From Macrostomum hystrix (lineage: Eukaryota; Animalia; Platyhelminthes), in the NCBI GenBank assembly GCA_950097015.1, contig CATNEN010000031.1, positions 1,488,001-1,552,000 of the forward strand: a stretch of 64,000 nucleotides of DNA, written 5' to 3'. The notes beneath the pieces are model-generated. The model had not been told where the DNA came from. It saw nothing but the letters and a program-made list of their open reading frames with translations, and did not search any database. Positions 20,951 through 32,508 of the stretch are shown here, one piece after another. Position 1 is the stretch's first letter. Each line of letters begins with the position of its first letter. Made by a program: the position numbers and the translations under genes.

Positions 20951-23900
20951 TCAGCGGCCACCAGCTGCGCGCACAACAACACTGCTCCTCATTCGCTGCC
21001 TCTGATCTTTCAGTCCATCGTCGGCTCTACTGGACGATGCCACTTCGCTGCAACGGTCCTTAGACTGCGGCCGGTCAATAATCGGAGAACGGCGACGAAA
21101 TTCATCGCCGCCTCGACGCTTCGCATCGCGATCAAGTCCGACATCGCCACGGTCGGCGTCTCGCCTTGGATCGCCACGGTCGGCGTCTCGCCTTGGATCG
21201 CCACGGTAGGCGTCTCGCCTTAAATCGCCACGGTCGGCGTCTCGCCTTGGATCGCCACGGTCGGCGTCTCGCCTTGGATCGCCACGGTCGGTGTCTCGCC
21301 TTGGATCGCCACGGTCGGTGTCTCGCCGGGAATCATCACGGTCGGCGTCTCGCCGTGGATCGCCACGATTGCCATCTCGACGACTGTCGACACGACCGTC
21401 ATTTCGACGACCTTCGCCACGTTCGCCGTCTCGCCGTATGTCGCTACGGTCGCCGAATCGACGTCTTCTATCGACGTCGCCGTCTTGACGCTGTTCGCTC
21501 CGATCCCCTAGATGATCATCATCGCTATCTCGAAGGCTTTTATCGCGATGGTCTCGACGACCGTCATCGCTGCCTCGCCGAACATCGTCTCGATCGCGTC
21601 CTCGACGATATTCACTGTGTTCACTGCCCCGGGCATCAGAATTGCGCCTAGAATGTATTTCGATGAATCAAATGAATCTTAGATAAATGGAGTGACTAAT
21701 TTAGCAGACAATCCTGCCAGTTCAAACGCTGACAAGTTTTCTCACCCGTGCTTTTGGCGGTCTCTCTCAGAAGGCGCTGCGGACTCCGGCTCCCGTTTTA
21801 TTTCTTTGTCCCGCAGCCGGTGCTGCCGCCGCCTCCGTCCGGACCTCTCCTCCTCTTCATCCTCATCCGAAGACGAAGAACTCTCTGACGAAGAAGACTC
21901 CGAGGAAGAACTGGAAGAAGACTCCGAAGATGGCGAATCCTGCTTCGCTTTGGGCGCAGTCTCGTACCACTGGCGCAATGGCAGGGTGACTCCGTTAAGA
22001 CCGATGCTCTTGAAATAGTTGATGGAGAATCTAGTATTGCGCGGATGATCTCGCGGAAACAGGCCCTCGAAGAAGACTTGCAAGGTGCAGTCGTTGAAGC
22101 GCTGGCAGAGCTGCTCCAAGCCCATGTGTTCGGCCAGGTCCTGGAATAGAATCTTCAGGAATATCCTGCTGGATGACGTGGTGCCCTCCTCCGTCAGCTG
22201 GACGCACTGGAGCACGCCCCACGAGATGGAGTCGGTGTACAACAGGTGGGCAAAGAATCTAGCCACATTCCTGAGCTTCATAGTCTCCAGGCGGTGGATG
22301 GTGGTGTACTGCTCGTTGAAGATTCTCTCATAGTGCTGCACGTAGACCCGGGCCAGCTGGCAGAATCTCTGCGCCAACAGGCCGTAGAATTTCTCGTAGG
22401 TTCGCAGTTGGGCGCAGCAGTCTAGAATCATGCTGGCCAGCTCGGCATCTTCGCCAGGCTTCAGCTGCAGCCGACGCAGCTTGTGCGCGGCCTCCTCATA
22501 GTCCAGGCTGCTCTGCACAGTCAGGTAGATGGTCTTGCGCAGCTGCACTAGCTGGATCTGGGTCTGGTCGATGGCCGGCTTGGCTGCGTCAGCTGTCTCA
22601 GCCGCGGCGCCATCCTCGTCAGCTTCGTCACTGTCGCTACCGCTGCCGCTATCGCTGCTGCCGCTGCTATCGCCGCTGTCTTCGCCTTCGCCAAGCAGTT
22701 CCCGTTGAATGGCCTTGTACTCCTCTTCGTGAGTTAAGAAGTCTAGATCGTAGCGGAACACATTCAAAGCCTGTTCAGTCGAGTGCTCATCCTCCAGGCT
22801 GAGCAGGTGCGTCACTTGGTCCTCCTCTTCGACAAGGTCCAAGGCCTCCTGGATGGCTGGATACTGCTTGAACTCGTCCTGGCGAATCTGCGGATAGAGC
22901 CGATTTTTTGGAAAATAGAAGACGCATCTGCCTTAAGACGTGCAGTCGGCCATCTTTGGCCCGCATAGCTAACCAGTCTCCCGCCTCTCCCGTGTCATCG
23001 CTCTACCCTGTTTCGATTTATCCTTATCTCAATTCTCAGGAATACATATCACCTATGGCTTGTCTCCCCCAGTTTTAACTCTCCGATGTCTTAGAGCGGT
23101 TAACCCATTTGCCTCTCGCACCGAAATGTCCCTGGGCACGAGTCAGCGGTGCCACATTTATTTAGGGCGCAGCCGCGGAAACAAATATTGGGACTTGTCG
23201 TGCAGTTTACACCCTTGAAGGCCTACCTCCAAGGTAAAGTGAGAGGTACTCTCTTGAGTCTGTGCTCAAGAGTCAACGGAATGGGCAGAATTGTCTTTTG
23301 CTGGCTGCAGGTCTAGTGTTACAAAGGATGTGCCACTGCCCGTAGCCCTCCTACAAATCATATTATTGTCTAAAACTCTCTGGTTTCTTATCTTTCCTGC
23401 CGTCTCATCTCCCCTATCACACAGTTCGCGAGTCTTATCTCTCCCGTATCTCATCAGCTCGCCTCTCTCTGTAATCAGTAAATGAGAAGCCTCACCTGGA
23501 ACAGGGTCTCAATCATATACTGGACTCGTTTGTCCAGCACAGCCTCGTGCAGGATGCCTCTCAGCTGGTCGAAGATCATGCGCAATCCCCTTGGCGTAGT
23601 CTCCAACAGGCGGGCGCCAACCTCTTTGAGCAGGCCGACGGCGATCTCAACTGAGCCATCGGTTGGCCTGTTGAGCAGCAGGGCCAGCAGTTCCAGGGCC
23701 AGAACCTCGTGTGCAACCCGCTGATTGACAAGATGGGCCAGGAAACTGCAGGCGGCCAGACAAGCCTCTTTATTGTTGCGTCGGAAGGCCTTTTTAGCGT
23801 CCTCAATCAGGCGTTTCAGCGCCAGCTCGCCAATCTGGGGAAATCTAGTATTGACAACGGCCACCAAGCCTGCGAACACGGGCGTGAACACTGGCGAGTT

Positions 23901-24386
23901 AGCCTGGGCTGACATCAGCGATCGGACAAACAGGCCGCGGCCTCTAACTAAATTCTCAGACAATAGTTGACGAACAACATTAGGCAGATTGGTGACATTG
24001 GCTGTGTTAATCAGGCTGTGGATGGTCTTCTTTAGGGCCTCCCAGGCCACTCGCTGGTACTGCTCGCTGGATTTGTCTGACATTGCGGCCTGCAGGGCGC
24101 GCAGCTTAGCCGGCGGAATGTAGGCGCCGCCAGTCCGAGTCAGCAAATCATCGTCGCCTGCCCGCTTGCGACTCTCGGCCGGGGCCGGCGCTGCCGCGGC
24201 TGCCGGAGCGTCCTTCTCGGAGGGGCGCTCTTTCTGTTGCTTTCTTTGCTTCTGCTGCTGCTGCTGCTTTTTTGGCGGACTGCTGCTACCGCTTTCCTTT
24301 CCACTAGCGCTGTCGCCATCAGTGCCGCTGCTGCTGCTGCTGCTGCTGTCACTGCTGCGGCTTCTACTGCGACTTTTATTTGACAT
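20951..24386 (-). CDS. CWC22: Pre-mRNA splicing factor CWC22, 3 exons (24386-23496, 22887-21746, 21647-20951), ~909 aa
   Basis: MIF4G domain ([36 protein letters not shown]) and MA3 domain ([44 protein letters not shown]). GT-AG introns have consistent phases (0, 2). AATAAA lies ~30 nt after the stop. Confidence 0.96.
23081..23367 (+). mobile_element. tRNA-derived SINE copy in CWC22 intron 1
   Basis: A-box-like head GAGCGGTTAA and body motif GGGCGCAGCCGCGG are shared with the copies at ~37.1 kb and ~52.6 kb. The tail GCTGGCTGCAGGTCTA..ATGTGCCA.TGCCCG.AGCCCTCCT is shared with the ~37.1-kb copy. Confidence 0.6.
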
Positions 24387-26444
24387 TTTTTGAAGAAAAA
24401 GGCTGCAAAAAGCAAACAAAATTAGTGCCATATTGAAAGCGTGAGCAGATAGATTAGCACTGAATATTCTACTTCTTTTAATGAGGTACTTGGTTACAGT
24501 ACAATTATCCAAAGCATTCTCACAGCACAGAATACCAAAAGGACACCAAATTCTATGTTTTGTTAAAGCTAGCTATTTCTGGAAAATTGTTATAGTCCTG
24601 ATTTTAATTTATTTAATTGATAACCATTGTTTAAACTTATAAACTACTAGGTGACAAAGAGTTATAGTTGATATTTTACAACCCATACAAAAATTAGGCT
24701 TCTATATAAGTATATTTATAAGGAGACATAATAAATGCATTTTTTATTACCTATAAGTTTTTATAGGTTTTATTGTATTGCTTCATATAAAAAACATAGA
24801 TTTCAACCCTTAAACATGTAGCTATATAGAAATGGTAAAGTGCATCATCTAGCTTTCAAGGACTGTTACGTACTATGCTAAAATGTTTAATCTTTTAACC
24901 TAATCAACAATAATTAACTTAAGCACAGTAACAATCTTCTACAAGTGTAACATAGCCTAATACATCAAATTTGTAGGTTAACTTCTAGTCAAGTCTAATT
25001 AAATATGAATTATATGAGCTAGCAAACCAATCTACCTTAACAGATAATACTGTCACCCCTTTAGCAGAGAAGTATGCCCCTATATAGCAAAGAACTAATG
25101 TGCCCCCTATAGGTAGCCAATGTCTCCTAGCAAGCAATAATATCCCACTTTCAGCAGTGAAACCAATGTCTAGTCTTAGCAGAGACACTTGATAAATCGT
25201 GATATTATCAGACTGTCTCATGCTATATCCTATATATATCATGTTTTTCCTTTGATAAACAATGCTAACAAAGCTAGCAAGAAACATCAACTAAAAATGA
25301 GAAAACCTTTTCTGTATTCAGAACAGGATTCATAAAATAGACTTTTAAAAGTTTGACATTTTTCATTAATATTTTTATAATTTAGATCAAAGATTTGAAC
25401 TTGAACAAATTAAATTTAGCCAAGGCTATCCTGGCTCAAGTTCTTAACAATGCATATGTTCTGCTTATGATTAGCAGAGTTGAAAAACTGCCTTTCCAAT
25501 TAAAATATTTCTGCTAAAATGTACCTAATTTAATTGTAGGCCTACTTGACTATGTAGACTCAATCCCTTGTCAATAAAGAAATGTAAACTCAGCCATCAA
25601 AGGCATGCAACTCAAACGTAGCATGCCTATTACTAGGGTAATGTATCATCAACCAAACAGTGTATCTTCAAAACCGAACAAGAATTTTGACTCCTTCCTT
25701 GGTCTTGTGCAAGACAGAAACAAGCTATTATATTTCACAGAACAACTATTTTGAATGTCAATGAAATTATTTACAAGCTAAGGCATGACATGCAACGAAG
25801 CATTAAAAGGAAAGAAAGATATGGATGTTTCAGTAGAAATTTTTATCACAAAAGCATACTCTTTAACAGCATTTTTAAGCATGTACTTTAGACTAAGATT
25901 GTATGTGGTTGCTTTCCAATTAAATTACCATAAATGTAGTTATTTATAGAGCATGAAAAATGCTTTCAAATTACAATTCATGATAGATCACTCCTTAAAA
26001 TAAGATTAAACCACTCACTCAAATTTTAAAACCGAAAATCAAATTCTCTGCTTGGTTTGAAGATACATGAAAATCATTGTTTGGTTTTAGATGAAAAACA
26101 TTTTTCTATTTGACAAAAATGCAAAAGCAGATACTATTTAGAAAGACAAAACTGTTTTCTATAACTTGGCTTTTGATTTATCATCATATCTTAAATAGAA
26201 AATCTGTAGCTTAGGTTTGAAGTTAAAAAAATGCATATTCTTGTTTGGTTGATAATACATTACCCTAACTAACAGATGTATTGGTGAGAAAAACACAGAT
26301 GTTAACAATTAAAATAGACAGTATTTTTTTAAAGCAAAGGGATCCACACAATTTCGAAAGAACTTCAAATCAAAAAGGCAAGTTTTAAAAATGGTTTAAC
26401 AGGCTATATACTGGAATACTGTTTATATCTTAGATATTTAGTAT

Positions 26445-27383
26445 GGCAGAGCTTATTCCCACGGTCCTATGCCAATAATTTCAATTTTATCCACACAGAT
26501 CCATGTGATAATTTTCTGCTTATCCACATGGCAGCTTGTATGAATAGGCCTAGGTCTACAACTCTTTATATATGTCGTGCCATTAATATCAATTTTATCC
26601 ACATGGTTCTGTTTTTTGAAATGAGGCCCTTTCGGGTTTGAACGTTTTGTTGAACCCTCGAGCCAATAGATTGACAAAGTTGCCAGTGTGTTACAACTAT
26701 GTTCTACATTTTGACCTACACATTCATTAACCAATAATTTCAATTTTATCCACACGGATCCATGCCGATAATTTTCTGCTTATCCACACGGCAGCTTGTA
26801 TGAATAGGTCTACAACTCTTTATATAAATATGATGTGCCATTAATTTCTGAAATTTTATCCACACGGTTCTGTTCTTTGAAACGAGGACCTTTCGGGTTT
26901 GAACGTTTTGTTGAACCCTCGAGCCAATAGATCGACAATTAAGTTGACAGCGTTACGACAGTGTTCTGCATTTCGACCTACACATTAATTAACCGACATT
27001 AATGTCATCCTTTTTAATTATTGTAATAACAAATTACTAAATCTTTTGTCATCGTTACGTGTTTTCATTCGAATTGTATTGACTTAAAAAGTAAAAAGTC
27101 TATCAAAGAAAATCATACAAGTCAACCAGCAGAATTCTAGTCAGTACCAAACTCGTCACACAAATTATACATCATTGTTATTCTTTTACACTATGCATTG
27201 ATAGTGTACACTATACACTATACTCTGAAGCAAAAGCCTTATGCTCAGAGAAGAATAGGCAGGGACTTGAAAGTAGACCTATTCATACAAGCTACCGTGT
27301 GGATAAGCAGAAAATTATCGGCACGGATCCGTGTGGATAAAAGTGAAATTATCGGCACGGGACCGTGGGAATAAGCACTTTCT
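26445..27383. mobile_element. Mutator-like MITE copy 1, ~939 bp with an internal ~260-bp tandem duplication
   Basis: ~100-bp TIRs start GGCAGAGCTTATTCCC and end GGGAATAAGCACTTTC. The TSD is degenerate, ATTTA(G)TAT. The interior is homologous to the copy at 59979-60649. Confidence 0.8.
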
Positions 27384-28761
27384 ATTTATATAGCCTAGGC
27401 ATAAGCCTAGATATAAAAAGCTAAGAATTTAAGTCCCAACCAGTCCAGTGTACATATTAATAAACTACACTAGTTATCTTCGACTTCCGAAATGCTAATT
27501 TAAGTTCAAAGATGCTTGGTTCCTTACGAAAATTTAAATAGGTTCTACTAGAAATTTAGTAAATGCTAAGGGGTGGTTGAGTCGTGATGGGACGATTTGC
27601 AAATTCCTGGAAATAAATTAGAGCAGTATAACTATGCAGCTCGTTCAAAATATTTCGATAATATGCTATTTGAAGGTACTACGAGGTAGTAATTTAGTAT
27701 TAAATATTTTTTAGTACTTAGATTAGGAGTCATTAGAATTTTTTTAAAGGGAGAGCCATGAGTGATAACTAGAAAGAGGCTCACGAAGTACAAAAACAAG
27801 ATAGCTCAGTTAAAATGTCATTTTGCTGCGCTTCGGATTTCTGACCGAGCGTTTGCGAGTTCCAATCTGAGCCTAAATGAAAAAATCGTGTATTTTGCTA
27901 GGCACGTAATCCTCCGATCGCACTAGCTCACTCAGCTTATCGAGAAATAGGCAGCTTTAATTTTTGGGTAGCAATTGGGGAGAACTTCAGCTAGCCCATA
28001 TGGACGACTGAACAACATTTGGTGCAAACAATTGCTGAACTTTTAGTGCTCTCTATTTTGTGACGTATCCGCTCGATTTCATCTAGTTAAGTAAAGCGAA
28101 ATTTTGCGTAGGCGGCAGTGCCCGACTGAACCGATTTACACAGATTATAAAGCTTCAATCATTTTCTAATATAGCTACATGTATAGCCAAGGACTACTAG
28201 TAGTTAGCTACTACTTTAATTCGGTAGTCCTTGTGTATAGCCTGCTAAAGTACTACACCTTGCGATGCTATATCTTACCTTATGATCATTCCTTCAAACT
28301 CAGAACGCAGCGTCTCCTTTTTCTATAAAGGAGAAATTCGACTTAGTAGGAAAGCGAATAATTGTGACGTAATACTCAACTACCACAACGGTCCCCATTG
28401 AACAAGAAGTACACAGGCTCTTGTTTTCGCCTATTGTAGATTTGCAACAGTCGGTATTTCGGCAAGTACGCTCAAAAAACCGCTGAATATTAAAACGATT
28501 AACACGAGATTTAATTTCTCTCCATGACTGTAAAATGTTTGCAGCAGGCGTTGACTGCTATTCTGGACAGAAAAAAATTACCTGATCAGTTTGATAAAGT
28601 TCTCTCGTCCGCATATTAAGTTACTCTGGAGCAGAGTTGAATTGAATTTGTCCGAAAGGGATGCTGCTACCATGGTAAGTTTTTTAATCGTCCTGAATAA
28701 GTTCAGAGACACAAAATAAGTTTTGGATTCTTGAGGTCAGAAAAGTTCTCATTTCACTTTT

Positions 28762-30068
28762 TCAGTCATAAAAGCCTTCATTCCAAGACTCCACATTCTT
28801 CTTTCCACGAAATCGCATGGTCGATCCCAGGTTCTTCTTTCCACGAAATCGCATGGTCGATCCCAGGTTCTTCTTTCCACGAAATCGCATGGTCGATCCC
28901 AGGTTCTTCTTTCCACGAAATCGCATGGTAGATCCCAGGTTCTTCTTTCCACGAAATCGCATGGTAGATCCCAGGTTCTTCTTTCCACGAAATCGCATCG
29001 CCGATCCCATGTTCTTCTTTCCACGAAATCGGAAAGCAGATCCCATGTGTCGCTTCGACGTAACAAAGTCATCATCCTCAGGCAGGTATTTGTGGTATTC
29101 GTCGACTCCGTAGATCGGATAGTACTCATCAAACTCGGTAGCCTAGTCACAAATGAAATGAGGAATAACGTTAGCAAACTGACTTGATTAACAGTAGATA
29201 GACCACGCTATTTCCCCCTGGGGAAAGACAACGGAGGGGATTTCAAATACACCCACTGCCTACTTCACGTTAGCTCCCAAACCGAATGACCGATTTTCGT
29301 CAAAGTTCACCATGGACATCAAAATTTCCCACCCTTACGATGAACTAACTTTCAAAGCATCGTCGAGATATTCAGCGATTTTTGTCAAAGAGTCTGACTG
29401 ATTCAAAAATGGTTAAATATTTTAGGAGAAACAGAAAAAAGAATAAAATATGGGCATTTGAAATATCCACGAGGCCTTTCTACTGATAAAGAGACCAATT
29501 CGGACTGTATTTGCAAGAGGTACTTCCAAAACTATCTGGCTACCACAGGCCCCTTACTAAGTTACTTATAGACAAACCCTCTGTTTAGAAGAGTAAATAC
29601 AAACTTGTATACAAATGATTTTTCATACATGGATTTATTTAGAATTGAATAGAATTTCTCAGAAATCATATTCCCATTTCATTGAGCTTATTATCTTACA
29701 TCAAGCTCCGGCATTCAGCATAGATAAAGAAGAAGCTGAGAACAAAAAATCCTTTTTGCTGATAGAGAGAACCAAGAGCTATAAATTGCAGTTATTTTGT
29801 AGGCTTTGCCTGCGGGCCAGCAGTTGTCTGCGAGGTTAATAAAACAAAATTCCCAACATTGATTGCTGTCCCGTCTTCCGCTTCTCTGCATTTGCGCATA
29901 AATCAAATCCTTCGCCAAGGGGATTACTGCATGGGCAGGCATCCATAAGCAAGGTCCCAAGAAATGGAGGCTCACCTCCTCCGGGGCGCCGCAGTCGGAA
30001 GCCGGGAGCAGGCTGAGGCAGCAGACGATTAGGAGCGGGCCGGCAATCTCCAGCAGCTTGAGAGACAT
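28762..30068 (-). CDS. Secreted neuropeptide precursor (RFR-amide peptides), 2 exons (30068-29976, 29142-28762), ~157 aa
   Basis: Exon 1 is the signal-peptide-like MSLKLLEIAGPLLIVCCLSLLPASDCGAPEE ending GAG|GTGAGC. Exon 2 follows TAG|GCT in phase 0: ATEFDEYYPIYGVDEYHKYLPEDDDFVTS-KR-HMGSAFRFRG-KK-NMGSAMRFRG-KK-(NLGSTMRFRG-KK)x5-NVESWNEGFYD*. Confidence 0.88.
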
Positions 30069-30647
30069 TTTCTTCTTCGCTGTGATGTCACTGCCAATGT
30101 GGGAGGCCCAGGAAGTCTTTATCGTTGGGCAGCATAAATTTTCCAGCTTTTTCTACCTTTCTGTCGTTTATAAAGTCAGATTCATTCGCATTTATACTTT
30201 ATATACTTTAAAACGGTTTCATAGATACTGATGCTTCAAAGGGCATAAAAATTGCTTCATAGCAACCAGGAAGAATATTGTGCCACAAGTCTACTAAATA
30301 GCATCATACTTTTGGATAAACAAAGACTTTTAAACTGCTTTTGTAGCTCATGCGAGTAGATCATAAGAGTAATCATCAATGGATAAAAAGAGTATTCAAA
30401 AAGGATATGTACACGTGCAGGTATTATTTGTAAAACAATAAGCTAATTAAATCACTCACGGTTTAATATAGTTTTGTCTTCGGTTTTATTTGCGCCGATA
30501 AAAGACCGTAAAACTCAAAAAAGGTGCCTTAACGGACTCTGTGCCGCTGCGTGTGGGTCGGAGCAAGCTCACACATTTATTCTTCTTCTCATCTCTGTGC
30601 CGCCAGCAGCCAATCAGATGGGATGCTGCAGATGCCACTGGAAGAAA

Positions 30648-31160
30648 AATCACACTCCTGGTATCTGACTGATGGAATCACACTCCTGGTATCTGACTGA
30701 TGGAATCACACTCCTGGTATCTGACTGATGGAATCACACTCCTGGTATCTGACTGATGGAATCACACTCCTGGCATCTAACTGATGGAATCACACTCCTG
30801 GTATCTGACTGATGGAATCACACTCCTGGCATCTAACTGATGGAATCACACTCCTGGTATCTGACTGATGGAATCACACTCCTGGTATCTGACTGATGGA
30901 ATCACACTCCTGGTATCTGACTGATGGAATCACACTCCTGGTATCTGACTGATGGAATCACACTCCTGGTATCTGACTGATGGAATCACACTCCTGGTAT
31001 CTGACTGATGGAATCACACTCCTGGTATCTGACTGATGGAATCACACTCCTGGTATCTGACTGATGGAATCACACTCCTGGTATCTGACTGATGGAATCA
31101 CACTCCTGGTATCTGACTGATGGAATCACACTCCTGGTATCTGACTGATGGAATCACACT
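30648..31160. repeat. 28-bp minisatellite, ~18 copies
   Basis: Unit GGAATCACACTCCTGGTATCTGACTGAT. Confidence 0.96.
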
Positions 31161-31852
31161 ACGTGTTGTCACTATTCGATACCAATGTCAATTTTCATCC
31201 CATCTACGTTGTCGGTGCTTATCAGCCCTCAGTGGTCATAAAATCACTGGGTGGCTCGTACTATCGTGTTTTCAAATATATTCGCCAAAGTGGAAAAAAT
31301 GTTCTACCCTATATGTAAACAGAAATGGCAGAGGTATATTCACGCCTTATACTAAAAATATTTTTTCCTTTCAGCAAAACTAATTTCGGTTCTGTCTCAG
31401 ATGACACTCTCCAGTATAGGTGAAGTTGGTTGTTGGGTGTGAAACCAATTATCTGAATAGAAAGCGAACTAGATTACTGGCTGCGGGAGTGACATCAACT
31501 CTGCACTTTCTTGGAATGAGTTTTCATTTCCTCAGCGAGGATACTGATCAGTTAGTCGCCCAATGGCCGACGTGAGACCACTGCAGTAGATGATCCATCA
31601 AGTTCGAATATTCATTTTGAGTTTCTCTTTCTAAAATATCAGATTGGAAATGTCGCATCGGATGCTCAGAGGGGAGAAATTAGAAAAGAACTCGACTTCT
31701 CCTAGCCCATAAATCAATCAAATTGCGAAAGATAATCGAGATAATATTTTTGCTGTTTGGTGAGACTTGCATCTACATGAGGTGAGATTGGAGTTGCTGT
31801 GCTCAAATACTAAATCAATAAATTCTACTGCAAAGGATTTTCGCCACCTGTA

Positions 31853-31997
31853 CGATCTTTCAATGTATCGTCGCTACCTGATGATCCTTCAATGTATCGT
31901 GGCTACCTGATGATCTTTCAATGTATCGTCGCTACCTGATGATCCTTCAATGTATCGTGGCTACCTGATGATCTTTCAATGTATCGTCGCTACCTGC
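31853..31997. repeat. 29-bp tandem repeat, 5 copies
   Basis: Unit GATC(T/C)TTCAATGTATCGT(C/G)GCTACCTGAT with alternating variants. Confidence 0.9.
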
Positions 31998-32174
31998 ACG
32001 TAATGATCTACTGGAATGATCTTTCACTTGCAACATGCCTATATCAGTGTGACGTCGATACCTGCATGCTAACTTTCACCGAGTTCACCGAACACACCAT
32101 TTACCAACACCATTCGTGTAAGCTTAAACCCACGCCATAAGTAATAATCGTACTTATGCAAATTACGCTGCGTA

Positions 32175-32508
32175 TGGCAATGGTGGTAACGATCGTTATT
32201 GACCATTTGGTAACGAAAAAATTGGGTAACGAAACATAATTTGTAACCATTTTTAATACCAGTAATTAAAAAAACAATTTAAAATGTTTTCAATTGCAGT
32301 GCTGCTAATTACTTATTTATTTTTTTCGGAAACTGGTAACGAAAACAGGCAACGGGAAATGCATGCACTGTTGGCAACGACTCGTTACCATCATTTTCGT
32401 TACCATTCCGTAGTAACGCGAAAAAGTAACTTTGCAAAAAAGTAACGACCTTTACCAAATCGGTAACTAGTCGGTAACGATCGGTAACGAGTAACGCGCC
32501 CAATACTG
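32175..32508. mobile_element. Probable degenerate hAT-type MITE with GGTAACG subterminal repeats
   Basis: More than 10 GTAACG/CGTTAC motifs. The right end reads CAGTATTGGGCGCGTTACT on the minus strand. Left TIR and TSD are not convincing. Confidence 0.4.

Noticed and set aside
26470-27350. Clustered TTATCCACA motifs identical to bacterial DnaA boxes (oriC-like)
   Set aside because: They lie within MITE TIRs bounded by a TSD in an intron-containing animal genome. Most likely they are transposase binding repeats and the match is coincidental.
28749-29177. Alternative-frame ORFs over the neuropeptide repeat (CDFVERRTWD, MVDPRFFFPRNR, FHEIAWSIPG)
   Set aside because: These are shadow frames of a 36-bp unit. 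Only the RFRGKK frame has a phase-matched acceptor, a signal-peptide exon and processing sites.
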